Origin: an uncultured Eubacteriales bacterium | Lineage (GTDB): Bacteria; Bacillota; Clostridia; Christensenellales; Aristaeellaceae | Assembly (NCBI GenBank): GCA_900318045.1 | Contig: ONJE01000002.1 | Coordinates: 1 to 42,039, forward strand | Length of the DNA: 42,039 nucleotides | Reading direction: 5' to 3' | Part shown: piece by piece, positions 17,576 to 26,194 of the stretch | Numbering within the stretch: the first letter of the stretch is position 1 | How the letters are laid out: each line of letters begins with the position of its first letter | Program-made: the position numbers and the translations under genes | Notes under the pieces: model-generated | What the model saw: only the letters and a program-made list of their open reading frames with translations | Told to the model about the DNA's origin: nothing | The model's database searches: none

Positions 17576-18568
17576 TTACAGCTTCTTTACCAATATAATC
17601 ATATCCTTTACAACACAGCCGTTCTCGATGATCGGTTCGGGATAATGCGTTTCGAAAAACCCCTCGATCACGCCGTCTCTGACAAATCCGAAATGTTCAT
17701 AAAACGGCACGTTGCCCGCACTGGTGCCAACGTACAGCCGGTCGCAGTGAGCAGGCAGTACCTTGAAAAGGTGCCTGAGCAGCCGCGCGGCGTAGCCCTT
17801 ACCCCGCATGACGGGGGCAACGGCCAGGTTTTTGATTTCCCACGCGCCGTCCTCCCGCTCGATAACGACAGCCACGGCGCAGGTCTGTCCATCCACCATC
17901 AGCGCGTACAGCTCGCCCGCGTCCAGGTACGTTTCGATCATCTCCCGGCTGGGGTCGGCCTCCAGCAGCAGCGGCATGTAGGTCGCCTTGCCGGCGGATA
18001 TGCGGCGAATCTCCATCGGGGCCAGCTCGCCCCTTGCCCAGTGCCTGCGGCACAGCGCCACATAGCTCTCGTTGCCGCCGAGTACAATCTGTTCGCCGGA
18101 TCGAACCACCTTGCCGCCGGAGACGCGGGCGTTCATAATGGCTTTCCTGCCGCACCAGCAGACCGTTTTGATCTCCTCGATGGAATCGGCCCAGGCCATC
18201 AGCCAGTGGCTGCCCTCGAACAGGTTGCCCTGGAAATCGGCCCGCAGGCCGTAGCAGATGACGGGGATGCCCATGTCGTCCACGATGTCCACCAGGCGCT
18301 GCACCTGAGCCTTGGTCAGGAACTGGGCCTCGTCCACGATCACGCAGTCGCAGGCGGTCAGGTCGATGTCGTCCAGCTCCTCCACGAAGCGGCAGGGGGC
18401 GTACAGCCCCGAGCGCGAGCCTACCCTGCGGTCGCCGTCCCGGTTGTCCAGCCGGGGTTTGAGCATCAGGGCGTTTTGCCCTCGCTCCTGATAGTTGTAT
18501 TGCACCATGATGGCGTTGGCGGTCTTGGAGGATCCCATCGCGCCATATCGGAAGTAAAGCTTGGCCAT
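17576..18568 (-). CDS. tdk: thymidine kinase fused to C-terminal GNAT N-acetyltransferase domain
   Basis: Residues 1 to about 182: P-loop GAMGSSKT, VDEAQF, and Zn site VCWCG...ALCRRH. Residues from about 186 to 330: GNAT fold with acetyl-CoA motif VAPVMRGKGYAARLL and a FYEHFGF...IIENGCVVKDMIIL tail. A single uninterrupted ORF. RBS AAGGAAAA lies upstream of ATG 18568. Confidence 0.85.
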   Translation of the reverse strand: MAKLYFRYGAMGSSKTANAIMVQYNYQERGQNALMLKPRLDNRDGDRRVGSRSGLYAPCRFVEELDDIDLTACDCVIVDEAQFLTKAQVQRLVDIVDDMGIPVICYGLRADFQGNLFEGSHWLMAWADSIEEIKTVCWCGRKAIMNARVSGGKVVRSGEQIVLGGNESYVALCRRHWARGELAPMEIRRISAGKATYMPLLLEADPSREMIETYLDAGELYALMVDGQTCAVAVVIEREDGAWEIKNLAVAPVMRGKGYAARLLRHLFKVLPAHCDRLYVGTSAGNVPFYEHFGFVRDGVIEGFFETHYPEPIIENGCVVKDMIILVKKL

Positions 18569-18667
18569 GTCGTCGATTTTCCTTCTTGATTATCGGTCTT
18601 CCACTCCTATAATACATGATTTGACGGCCTCCCGCAAGCGCGATTCGGCTGTTTTACCTGATCTTCA

Positions 18668-18696
18668 TTGACTCATACGCCGGCAGGTGCTATAAT
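18668..18696 (+). promoter_or_regulatory. near-consensus extended -10 promoter for glyA leader
   Basis: TTGACT 18668-18673, 17-nt spacer ending in TGc, TATAAT 18691-18696. Confidence 0.65.
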
Positions 18697-18724
18697 ACAT
18701 GCAATTGAATAGAAGCCGTTTGAT

Positions 18725-18896
18725 GCTTGCAGGAGAGCGGACATGGTCCCGCCGAAGGAGAGACACTCTCAGGCGTTCCCCAGGGAATGAGGACTGTGAG
18801 CGGATGGCACTCTGGAGACGCCCGCGCTGCGGGGGCCGAAGGTGAAAGCCAGGCACAGGGGTGTCGGGTGAATCTCTCAGGCAAAAGGACAGAGCG
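18725..18896 (+). promoter_or_regulatory. tandem glycine riboswitch (gcvT motif, two aptamers)
   Basis: Aptamer 1: AGGAGAG..CGCCGAAGGAG..CTCAGG..AGGAC. Aptamer 2: CTCTGGAGA..GCCGAAGGTGAAAGCC..CTCTCAGGCAAAAGGACAGAG. Both match the conserved glycine-riboswitch cores. Confidence 0.85.
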
Positions 18897-18933
18897 TTTA
18901 TTTCTTCCCGTGCGCGGCATGGGGGAATCTGCG

Positions 18934-18965
18934 CGGCCGGTTGTCTGAACCGGTCGGATTTTTTT
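18934..18965 (+). terminator. intrinsic terminator, expression platform of the glycine riboswitch
   Basis: 9-bp stem CGGCCGGTT/AACCGGTCG (one G-U pair) with a 5-nt loop, then GA plus T7 (18959-18965), 20 nt before the glyA ATG. Confidence 0.7.
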
Positions 18966-18984
18966 ATGACATGGAGGCAGTAAA

Positions 18985-20232
18985 ATGGTACAGGAGAGCA
19001 TGGAATTCATTCGCCAGTATGACCCGGAAATCGGTGGGATAATGTTGAAGGAGCTGGAGCGCCAGCGCCGCAACCTGGAGCTTATCGCGTCGGAGAACAT
19101 CGTGACCGAGCCGGTCATGGCCGCCATGGGTTCGGTGTTGACGAACAAGTATGCGGAGGGCTATCCGGGGCATCGCTATTATGGCGGCTGCGAATACGTG
19201 GATGAGGTGGAAAACGTCTGCATCGAGCGCGCCAAGCAGCTGTTCGGCGTGGAATATGCCAACGTGCAGCCCCACAGCGGTTCCCAGGCCAATGCGGCGG
19301 TGTACCTGGCGCTGTGCCATCCCGGCGACACCGTGATGGGCATGGACCTGAGCTGCGGCGGTCACCTGACCCACGGCGCGAAGGCCAGCTTCTCCGGCAA
19401 GATCTACAACAGTGTTACCTACGGCTGCGACCCGAAAACCGGCCTGATCGACTACGATCAGGTGCGCGACCTGGCCCTGAAGCATCGCCCGAGGATGATC
19501 ATCGCCGGCGCTTCCGCCTATCCCCGCGTCATTGACTTTGAAAAGTTCAGCCAGATCGCCAAGGAGGTCGGGGCCTACTTCATGGTGGATATCGCCCACA
19601 TCGCGGGCCTCGTGGCCGCGGGCGAGCATCCCAGCCCGATTCCCTACGCTGACGTGGTGACCACCACCAACCACAAGACGCTGCGCGGCCCCAGGGGCGG
19701 CATGATCCTGACCAATGATGCCGACATCGCCAAGAAGATCAACAGCGCCATCTTCCCCGGCACCCAGGGCGGCCCGCTGATGCACGTCATCGCCGCGAAG
19801 GCCGTCGTGCTGGGCGAGGCGTTGAAGCCGGAATTCAAGGATTATCAGCGCCAGATCATCGTCAATGCCAGGACCATGGCGGACGCGCTGTTGGAGAACG
19901 GCGTGAAGCTGGTCACCGGCGGCACAGACAACCACCTGATGCTGATTGACCTGAAGGAGGCCGAATTCAGCGGACGCGAACTGGAGGAGCGCCTGGATTC
20001 GGTGCGCATCACCGTGAACAAAAACAAGATTCCAGGCGACCCCCGCAGCGCCAACGAGACCTCCGGCATCCGCGTGGGCACCCCCGCGATTACCGCCAGG
20101 GGCTTTCGGAAGGCCGAAGCCCGGGAAGTGGGCGATTTGCTGGCGATGGCGGCGAACGACTTCGATAATAAGAAACCCGAGATCCTCAGGCGCGTGGACG
20201 ACCTGTGCAGGCGCTTCCCGCTGTACGAATGA
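18985..20232 (+). CDS. glyA: serine hydroxymethyltransferase
   Basis: 415 aa. LELIASEN, and [16 protein letters not shown] (PLP lysine). GGAGG at 18973-18977. Confidence 0.95.
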   Translation: MVQESMEFIRQYDPEIGGIMLKELERQRRNLELIASENIVTEPVMAAMGSVLTNKYAEGYPGHRYYGGCEYVDEVENVCIERAKQLFGVEYANVQPHSGSQANAAVYLALCHPGDTVMGMDLSCGGHLTHGAKASFSGKIYNSVTYGCDPKTGLIDYDQVRDLALKHRPRMIIAGASAYPRVIDFEKFSQIAKEVGAYFMVDIAHIAGLVAAGEHPSPIPYADVVTTTNHKTLRGPRGGMILTNDADIAKKINSAIFPGTQGGPLMHVIAAKAVVLGEALKPEFKDYQRQIIVNARTMADALLENGVKLVTGGTDNHLMLIDLKEAEFSGRELEERLDSVRITVNKNKIPGDPRSANETSGIRVGTPAITARGFRKAEAREVGDLLAMAANDFDNKKPEILRRVDDLCRRFPLYE

Positions 20233-20244
20233 CACAAGCGACCT

Positions 20245-20404
20245 GGAGCGTGTTTCTAAATGCCTGAAGTGCATTTTCGGCGTATTTGCCTGCATTTCTG
20301 CGTTGATTTCCCTTGACTTGCCGCCAGCAAGCCTGCGGAAAATCGCCTTGAAATGCAGCCCAATCCACTCGAAACCGCACATCCCTCATTTTGAAACACA
20401 CTCC
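20245..20404. repeat. MITE/REP-like intergenic repeat, copy A (160 bp, imperfect terminal inverted repeats)
   Basis: The ends GGAGCGTGTTTCTAAATG and CATTTTGAAACACACTCC are inverted repeats (16/18). The interior aligns by hand with the reverse complement of 31321-31458, apart from an insertion of about 25 nt. Confidence 0.7.
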
Positions 20405-20411
20405 AACTCAA

Positions 20412-20446
20412 ACGCGGAAATGGCGTTGCCATTTCCGCGTTTGTTT
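20412..20446. terminator. bidirectional intrinsic terminator between glyA and rluF
   Basis: 13-bp stem ACGCGGAAATGGC/GCCATTTCCGCGT with a 3-nt loop, followed by TTGTTT on the + strand and preceded by A-rich sequence. Confidence 0.75.
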
Positions 20447-20458
20447 ATATTGCTGCTT

Positions 20459-21166
20459 TTACAGCCGTTTCCTCAACCCCGCCAATTCTTCTTCCGTCAG
20501 TTCGCGCCACTGGCCCGGCTGGAGCTTGCCCAGCCGCAGGTTCATGATGCGGACGCGGCGCAGGTGGGTGACGTTTGCCCCCAGGGCTTCGCACATGCGG
20601 CGAATCTGGCGGTTCAACCCCTGCACCAACACGATGTTGAAGCTGCGCTCGCCGGTGCGGCGCACCCGGCAAGGCAGCGTGACGGTGTCCAGGATCGGCA
20701 CGCCCCGGGACATCTGCTGCACGAATTCCGGCGTTACGGGACGGTCGATCCGGACCTCATATTCCTTCTCATGTCCGCCCGCGGCACGCAGGATTCGGTT
20801 GACGATTTCGCCGTCGTTGGTCAGCAGCAGCAGCCCTTCGCTGTCCTTGTCGAGCCGTCCCACGGGAAAGACGCGCCGGGGATAGGCCAGGTAGTCCACC
20901 ACGTTCATCGGCTCCCGGGGGTCTGCAGTGCAGACGATGCCCATGGGTTTGTTCAGCAACAGGTAGACCTTCTCGCCCTCGCCGGACAGGCGCTTGCCGT
21001 CCACCGTCACATCCATGCCGGGCAGCACACGGTCGCCAAGTGCGCCCACGCGCCCGTCCAGCCGCACGCGGCCCTCTGAAATCAGTCTGTCCGCCTCCCG
21101 CCGGGAGCAGTAGCCGCTGTCCGCGATGTATTTGTTCAGCCGTTTGCACTTTGCCTGGTTTTCCAT
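20459..21166 (-). CDS. rluF: rRNA pseudouridine synthase, RsuA/RluB/RluF family with S4 domain
   Basis: 235 aa. S4 domain (RLNKYIADSGYCSRREADRLI), catalytic VGRLDKDSEGLLLLTNDG, and HEKEYEVRI. ATG 21166 lies behind GGGAG. Confidence 0.85.
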   Translation of the reverse strand: MENQAKCKRLNKYIADSGYCSRREADRLISEGRVRLDGRVGALGDRVLPGMDVTVDGKRLSGEGEKVYLLLNKPMGIVCTADPREPMNVVDYLAYPRRVFPVGRLDKDSEGLLLLTNDGEIVNRILRAAGGHEKEYEVRIDRPVTPEFVQQMSRGVPILDTVTLPCRVRRTGERSFNIVLVQGLNRQIRRMCEALGANVTHLRRVRIMNLRLGKLQPGQWRELTEEELAGLRKRL

Positions 21167-21301
21167 CGTGATAACTCCCTGTCCGTTGTTGGATAATATG
21201 ATATCACATGTTTGTTGCGCCCGTGTTGTGCGCCTTTCACGGGGGCATGATGCGCCACGCTTCGCCATAAACTGACTCAGGCTGTGTGAAGGAGTGGTGG
21301 A

Positions 21302-23020
21302 ATGAACTATTTAGGCGTTTACCATTCGGATTATTCGCGTTCCAACAGCGGCATATTTGACGCGCCCTGTATCACCGTGGGCCGGATGATGCTGTGTGGG
21401 CGGGGGTGCTTTTCCCGGGGAAAGCGGCTGGCCCTGGCCTGGGGACGGCTGCGGGACGGGAAGACGCTGGCATCGGCGTTGGGATGTTCAGAGGAAGCGA
21501 CGGCGGCGGAACTGGTGCTCAGGGCCTATGTGCGCTGGGGCGAGGATTACCCCTCCCATATAGAGGGCCCGGTGGTCAGCTGTGTGATGGACGCGGAATC
21601 CGACGCATTGGTGCTTAGCCGGGATCGCATGGGGGAGAAGCCGGTATTCTATGCCAAGCATGGCGACAGTCTGGCATTTTCGGACCATCCCGACGCGCTG
21701 CTGAAGGCGGCGAAGGTGGACCCGGCGGTGAATGCCGACGGCCTTCGGGAGTTGTTCGGGCTCGGTCCCGCCCGCAGCCCGGGCATAACGCCGTACAGGG
21801 ATATGTTGGCCCTGGAGCCGGGCTGCGTCCTGGTCGCACGGGGAGGCGATATCGCGATAAGCTGCTATTGGCGCATCGAGGATATGCCCCACGGCGAGGA
21901 CACGCCCACCACCATTCGCCATACCCGGGAGTTGTTGGAACGGTGTGTCGTGGAGGCAGTGGCGCTGAATCCGGCAGTGATGCTCTCCGGTGGGCTGGAT
22001 TCCTCGGCGTTGACCGCGCTGCTGAAGGACAGCGTATCGCCGCTGCGCAGCTTTTCTGTGGACTATCAGGACAACGCCCGTGATTTTCGCGCAAACGCCT
22101 TCCGGCCGGAGATGGACGCGCCCTATGTGCTGGCGGCGGTGCGGGCCTTTGGTACCCAGCACCGCACGGTGACACTGACCCAGCGGGAGCTGGCCGCGGG
22201 ATTGGATAAGGCGGTATCCCTGCGGGGCTTTCCCGGTATGGCGGATATTGATTCTTCGCTGATGCTGTTTGCCGAGCAAATCGCCCGCATGGATAACTGC
22301 GTTGTATCCGGCGAGTGTGGCGATGAGGTGTTCGGCGGTTACCCATGGTTCAAAGGCAAAGGACCGCTGGAGGGCTTCCCATGGTCGGGCTCGCTGGAAT
22401 TACGGGAGGGACTTCTGCTGCCGGAACTTCGGGAGCGATTGAAGCTGCGGGAATACGTGGCGGATGTTTTTTCAATGCGCAGGGCCATGGCAGATCCCGG
22501 CGCGGGCTTTGAACCGAATGAACGCAGACTTCGGACGCTGCAAAGGCTGTGCTTTGAGTTCTTCATGCCCAATTTGCAGGAGCGGGCGATGCGGATGTGC
22601 GACGGTGCAGGTTTGGAGGTGCTGACGCCGCTGTGCGATGAGCGGCTGGTGCAGTACGTGTACAATGTGCCCTGGGATATGAAGTTCATGGGCGGACAGG
22701 AAAAGGGACTGTTTCGGGAGGCGGTGGCTGACCTGCTGCCGGAAAAGCTGCTGCGGCGCACAAAGAGCCCTTACCCCAAGACCTGCAGCCCGGAATTCAG
22801 CGGTATCGTTCGCAGCATGGCGTTGCGGCTGGCGGAGGATCGTGATGCGCCCATATTCCGGTTGATCGACCGCAAGAAGCTGAAAAAGCTGGCCCAAAGC
22901 GCCCTGGATCCCGTAGATACGCCCTGGTTCGGCCAGTTGATGGCCGGACCGCAACTGCTGGGCTACCTGTGGCAAGTGAACAGCTGGCTGCGGGAGAGGG
23001 ATGTGCAAGTGGAAGTGTAG
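21302..23020 (+). CDS. asparagine synthetase B-like amidotransferase homologue lacking the N-terminal Cys nucleophile
   Basis: PP-loop VMLSGGLDSS, and an AsnB-like synthetase domain (SGECGDEVFGGYPWF). The N-terminus reads MNYLGVY instead of MCG. AAGGAG lies 8 nt upstream of ATG 21302. Confidence 0.8.
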   Translation: MNYLGVYHSDYSRSNSGIFDAPCITVGRMMLCGRGCFSRGKRLALAWGRLRDGKTLASALGCSEEATAAELVLRAYVRWGEDYPSHIEGPVVSCVMDAESDALVLSRDRMGEKPVFYAKHGDSLAFSDHPDALLKAAKVDPAVNADGLRELFGLGPARSPGITPYRDMLALEPGCVLVARGGDIAISCYWRIEDMPHGEDTPTTIRHTRELLERCVVEAVALNPAVMLSGGLDSSALTALLKDSVSPLRSFSVDYQDNARDFRANAFRPEMDAPYVLAAVRAFGTQHRTVTLTQRELAAGLDKAVSLRGFPGMADIDSSLMLFAEQIARMDNCVVSGECGDEVFGGYPWFKGKGPLEGFPWSGSLELREGLLLPELRERLKLREYVADVFSMRRAMADPGAGFEPNERRLRTLQRLCFEFFMPNLQERAMRMCDGAGLEVLTPLCDERLVQYVYNVPWDMKFMGGQEKGLFREAVADLLPEKLLRRTKSPYPKTCSPEFSGIVRSMALRLAEDRDAPIFRLIDRKKLKKLAQSALDPVDTPWFGQLMAGPQLLGYLWQVNSWLRERDVQVEV

Positions 23021-23029
23021 CGCTCACAC

Positions 23030-23145
23030 AATGGAAGATGCTTGACACTACGCCAGAGTGAGCTTCTATAACTGTGAGGATGCGCTGCTTCGAGTGGATT
23101 GGCATGAATTTCAAGGCGATTTACCGCAGGCGCAGCTGACGTAAA
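23030..23145. repeat. degenerate/composite copy C of the MITE/REP-like repeat
   Basis: 23064-23140 aligns with the copy B orientation (AGAGTGAGCTTCTATAA...TTCGAGTGGATTGGCATGAATTTCAAGGCGATTTACCGCAGGC). 23030-23063 resembles the internal CTTGAC..CGCC part in the opposite orientation. Confidence 0.45.
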
Positions 23146-23188
23146 AAACCACTCGCCATCCGACTGCCTTTATTACGCGGTATTTTCC

Positions 23189-24697
23189 CTAACGCTGAAC
23201 CACGATTCCGGGGTTGGGCAGCAGTACGCTCTTCAGGTAGATGCCCCCGGCCATGGTCTCCGCGGCGCGACCCTCCACGTAGAAGCGCACACCGCGAATG
23301 CCGTCCAGCTGGCATAGCGTGTTGACCATCGCGTAGATCAGGCGGCGTTCCTCATGGGCGTTCAGAATCTGGCAGCAACGGTAGAAGGTGCCGGACAGGT
23401 TGACCCGCGCCACGCCGCCCGAGGTCTGTACACCCAGTATGTCCACCGGTTGTATGCCCTCGGGAATGGGGAAGCGCAGGTCGCGGTCTTCCGCGGCAGA
23501 TGCGATCAATTCACAGAGCAGGCTGCGGGGGGATAGGGCGCTGCGCATAGAAACGGCCCGCTGGGTCGGCTGGAGCATGCCCTCGTTGTTCACCAGGTAA
23601 AGGCTGACGGTACTGCCTACGCAATCGGTGAAATCATTGCGGTGGATCATGCCGTCTTCGAATGTCAGGATAGCATCGCCCCGCTCACATACGGTGATCG
23701 GCTCTCCGTTGACCATCACGCGCACGGCGTCCAGGTCGGGAAGGAAGGAGCACATCGTCATGGCGATGGAACCGGTCAGCTTCCAAACCTCCATGCCGGA
23801 CAGCGCCATGTAGGTTACGAGTGTAGAAGCGAAGTTCAAGTCCAGCACTCGCTCACCACTGGAGAGGGTCTGTATGGCCGGGTTGTCGTTCAGCAGCTCC
23901 ACGCCTTCGGGGATGGAAGCGGTGGCACAGGCCAGCTGGCTGGGCCCGGCCTTCAGCGCGTCAAACAGCGCCCGGACGAAACCCTCCGGGCCGATGGAGA
24001 TGCTGCGAAGCTCGGGGATCAGCCAATTGCCTGTGTCGGAGGGGAAGTACAGCAGCGCGGAGCGGGCGATGGGGTCGGCCTGCCCGGAGGACGCCGCCTG
24101 GAAAAGCCGGTCGCGCTCCGCCTGGAGCTGGGCATAGGCCGCCGCGACGCTGGTGACCGGCTCGGTCTGCACGCCCAGGGGAAGCTGGCAGTGGCCTTCG
24201 CTGACGTTGCCGATCAGTACATTTACCCCGCTGATGCCATGAATGCCCAGCAGGGTGTTGCCGACGGAGGTTTGCAGCGCCAGCAGTTCCTGGGGATTCT
24301 GAACATTGCGGGCGTCGATGGACAGGTTGATCGTGGCGGTGCCGCAGGCATATTCACATCCCAACATCCGCGTGTCGGCCATGGACGGTATGCTGCGCTC
24401 TGCGCCGCTGTCCAGCAGCGTGGCAACAACGGCCTGGGGCAGGCTTTGGCCGACATCCCTGGAGATCATGCGGGAAACGGCTGAGAAGCCGGTGCCGTCC
24501 TGTGTGGCGAAATACAGCGTCACTTCGGTGGGGGCGGCGGACAACTTCTCGCCGAGGATCATGTTCTCCGGCTCCTCGGTGGGCTCCGGCAGGCGGATGT
24601 CTGTCACGGCTTCCTGCTTCCGGTTGGTCAGGGCGCAACCGCCCAGTATTGCGGCAACAAGAGCAAAAGACAAGCCCATCAACAGCATTCTTCGCAT
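23189..24697 (-). CDS. lipoprotein with three GerMN-like modules
   Basis: Lipobox AILGGC after a hydrophobic signal peptide. Three modules of about 150 aa each begin at TLYFATQDG, ALLYFPSDTG and VSLYLVNNEG. ATG 24697 is 3 nt from the HK stop, with GGAGG at 24710-24706. Confidence 0.75.
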   Translation of the reverse strand: MRRMLLMGLSFALVAAILGGCALTNRKQEAVTDIRLPEPTEEPENMILGEKLSAAPTEVTLYFATQDGTGFSAVSRMISRDVGQSLPQAVVATLLDSGAERSIPSMADTRMLGCEYACGTATINLSIDARNVQNPQELLALQTSVGNTLLGIHGISGVNVLIGNVSEGHCQLPLGVQTEPVTSVAAAYAQLQAERDRLFQAASSGQADPIARSALLYFPSDTGNWLIPELRSISIGPEGFVRALFDALKAGPSQLACATASIPEGVELLNDNPAIQTLSSGERVLDLNFASTLVTYMALSGMEVWKLTGSIAMTMCSFLPDLDAVRVMVNGEPITVCERGDAILTFEDGMIHRNDFTDCVGSTVSLYLVNNEGMLQPTQRAVSMRSALSPRSLLCELIASAAEDRDLRFPIPEGIQPVDILGVQTSGGVARVNLSGTFYRCCQILNAHEERRLIYAMVNTLCQLDGIRGVRFYVEGRAAETMAGGIYLKSVLLPNPGIVVQR

Positions 24698-24700
24698 CCG

Positions 24701-26194
24701 TTATACCTCCTGCCTCTTGGCGGCCAGCGGCAGCTCGATGGTGAAGGTGGTGCCCTCGCCGACCTTGCTCGTGGCCTCGATGTTGCCACCGTGCAGAAGT
24801 ACGAACTGCTTCACGATGGACAGGCCCAGGCCTGTGCCGCCGGTCTCCCGGGAACGCGCCTTGTCCACGCGGTAGAAGCGGTCGAAGATGTGGGGCAGGT
24901 CCTCCTTGGGGATGCCCACGCCGGTGTCGCTGACGCGGATGACGGCCTTTTTGCCCTGTCGGGTCAGCGTGCAGTGAACCTCGCCACCCCGGGGCGTGTA
25001 TTTGATGGCGTTGTCGATGATGTTGTACACCACCTGTTGCAGCTTCAACGCGTCGCCATTGACCTCCATTGCCTCCTTGACGGTGCAATCCAGCTCGATG
25101 CCGTTCTCCCGGGCCAGGGGCGCCAGGCGCTTCACCTGCTCCTGAAGCAGCGCGGCGATGTCCAGGTTCTCCAGGTTCATCTTGATACCACTGTCGATGT
25201 TCACCAGCGTCAGAAGGTCGCTGACGATGCGGTTCAGGCGGTCGATTTCCTTGTTGACGTCGGTCATGAATTCCTTGGCCATGCCGGGGTCCATCGGGTC
25301 CTGGTACAGCAGTGTTTCGATCAGGATCTTGATGGTACTCAGCGGGGTCTTCAGCTCGTGGGAGGCGTTGGAGACAAACTGGCTCCTGGATTTATCCAGC
25401 TGCTCCAGCCGCTCGGACATCGAGTTGAAGGCCTTGGCCAGGTTGGCGAATTCGTTCCTGCCCCGCACGTTAACCCGGGCGGAAAGGTCGCCCTGGCTCA
25501 TGCGGGCGATGCCCTCGTTCAATTCGCCGATGGGGCGGGTGATCGTGCGCAGCATCAAAGCGTTGACCACCAATACCGCCAGCGCCACGATGGCCATCCA
25601 GGCCAGTATCTTCAGCTGCATATCCCGCAGGTTTTCGTAGATCTCCTGCACCTGGGAGATATACACCAGCACGCCCAGCAGGTTGCCCGAGGTATTGCGG
25701 ATGCCCCGGGCGTACAGGCCGGTCATGGTGTTGACGCCGGAGAAGGCGTTCATCGCGGCACGCAGCCAGTAGGCATTGGTGCTGCCCACGTCGTAAAAGC
25801 CGTAGTCGCCGTCGGCCCCACCCAGTACGTTGTTGATTTCCGAGGTGATGAAGCGCTGGCCGTTCAGCTGGGAACTGGTGTCCACCTGTACGGTGCACAG
25901 CCGGTCCAGCACCAGCACACGGCCCTGCTCGGACCGTGCGGTTTGAAGGGCGGCCTCGTACATGCCCAGCACGTCCGAGGACGACAAAAGACCGCCGAAC
26001 TCCTCCGAGAGGCTTTCCGCGATGCGCTGGTCATCCCGCGTGCGCTGGTTAAACAGATATTCGCCTACCAGCTGGATCAGCGAAAAACCGATGACGCAGA
26101 ACGCCACGACGATGATCAGCAGGTAGGCGATGGTGATCTTCCAGCGTATGGAGTGTATGAAGGTTTTAATCCTTGTCAGTGAAATAGTAGCCAA
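24701..26194 (-). CDS. sensor histidine kinase (2 TM, extracytoplasmic loop, HAMP, HisKA, HATPase_c)
   Basis: H-box SHELKTPLSTI, HAMP PIGELNEGIARMSQGDL, G1 DTGVGI, G2 GTGLGLSIV. There is no in-frame ATG near the RR stop; the start is probably TTG 26194 (CTG 26179 is an alternative), overlapping the RR gene. Confidence 0.85.
   Translation of the reverse strand: MATISLTRIKTFIHSIRWKITIAYLLIIVVAFCVIGFSLIQLVGEYLFNQRTRDDQRIAESLSEEFGGLLSSSDVLGMYEAALQTARSEQGRVLVLDRLCTVQVDTSSQLNGQRFITSEINNVLGGADGDYGFYDVGSTNAYWLRAAMNAFSGVNTMTGLYARGIRNTSGNLLGVLVYISQVQEIYENLRDMQLKILAWMAIVALAVLVVNALMLRTITRPIGELNEGIARMSQGDLSARVNVRGRNEFANLAKAFNSMSERLEQLDKSRSQFVSNASHELKTPLSTIKILIETLLYQDPMDPGMAKEFMTDVNKEIDRLNRIVSDLLTLVNIDSGIKMNLENLDIAALLQEQVKRLAPLARENGIELDCTVKEAMEVNGDALKLQQVVYNIIDNAIKYTPRGGEVHCTLTRQGKKAVIRVSDTGVGIPKEDLPHIFDRFYRVDKARSRETGGTGLGLSIVKQFVLLHGGNIEATSKVGEGTTFTIELPLAAKRQEV

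Noticed and set aside
20186-20401. ORFs 20186..20401(-), 31238..31447(+) and 22797..23114(-) share peptide similarity (AAFQG.FPQA.W.QVKG), suggesting a small protein family.
   Set aside because: The similarity is explained by the DNA repeat family with inverted termini. The ORFs have no SD or consistent start, and one overlaps the glyA 3' end.
21302-23020. AsnB-like gene as a lasso-peptide cyclase (McjC-type) cluster.
   Set aside because: No adjacent transglutaminase-like protease (B protein), RRE, ABC exporter or obvious precursor ORF. The flanks are rluF and a repeat element.
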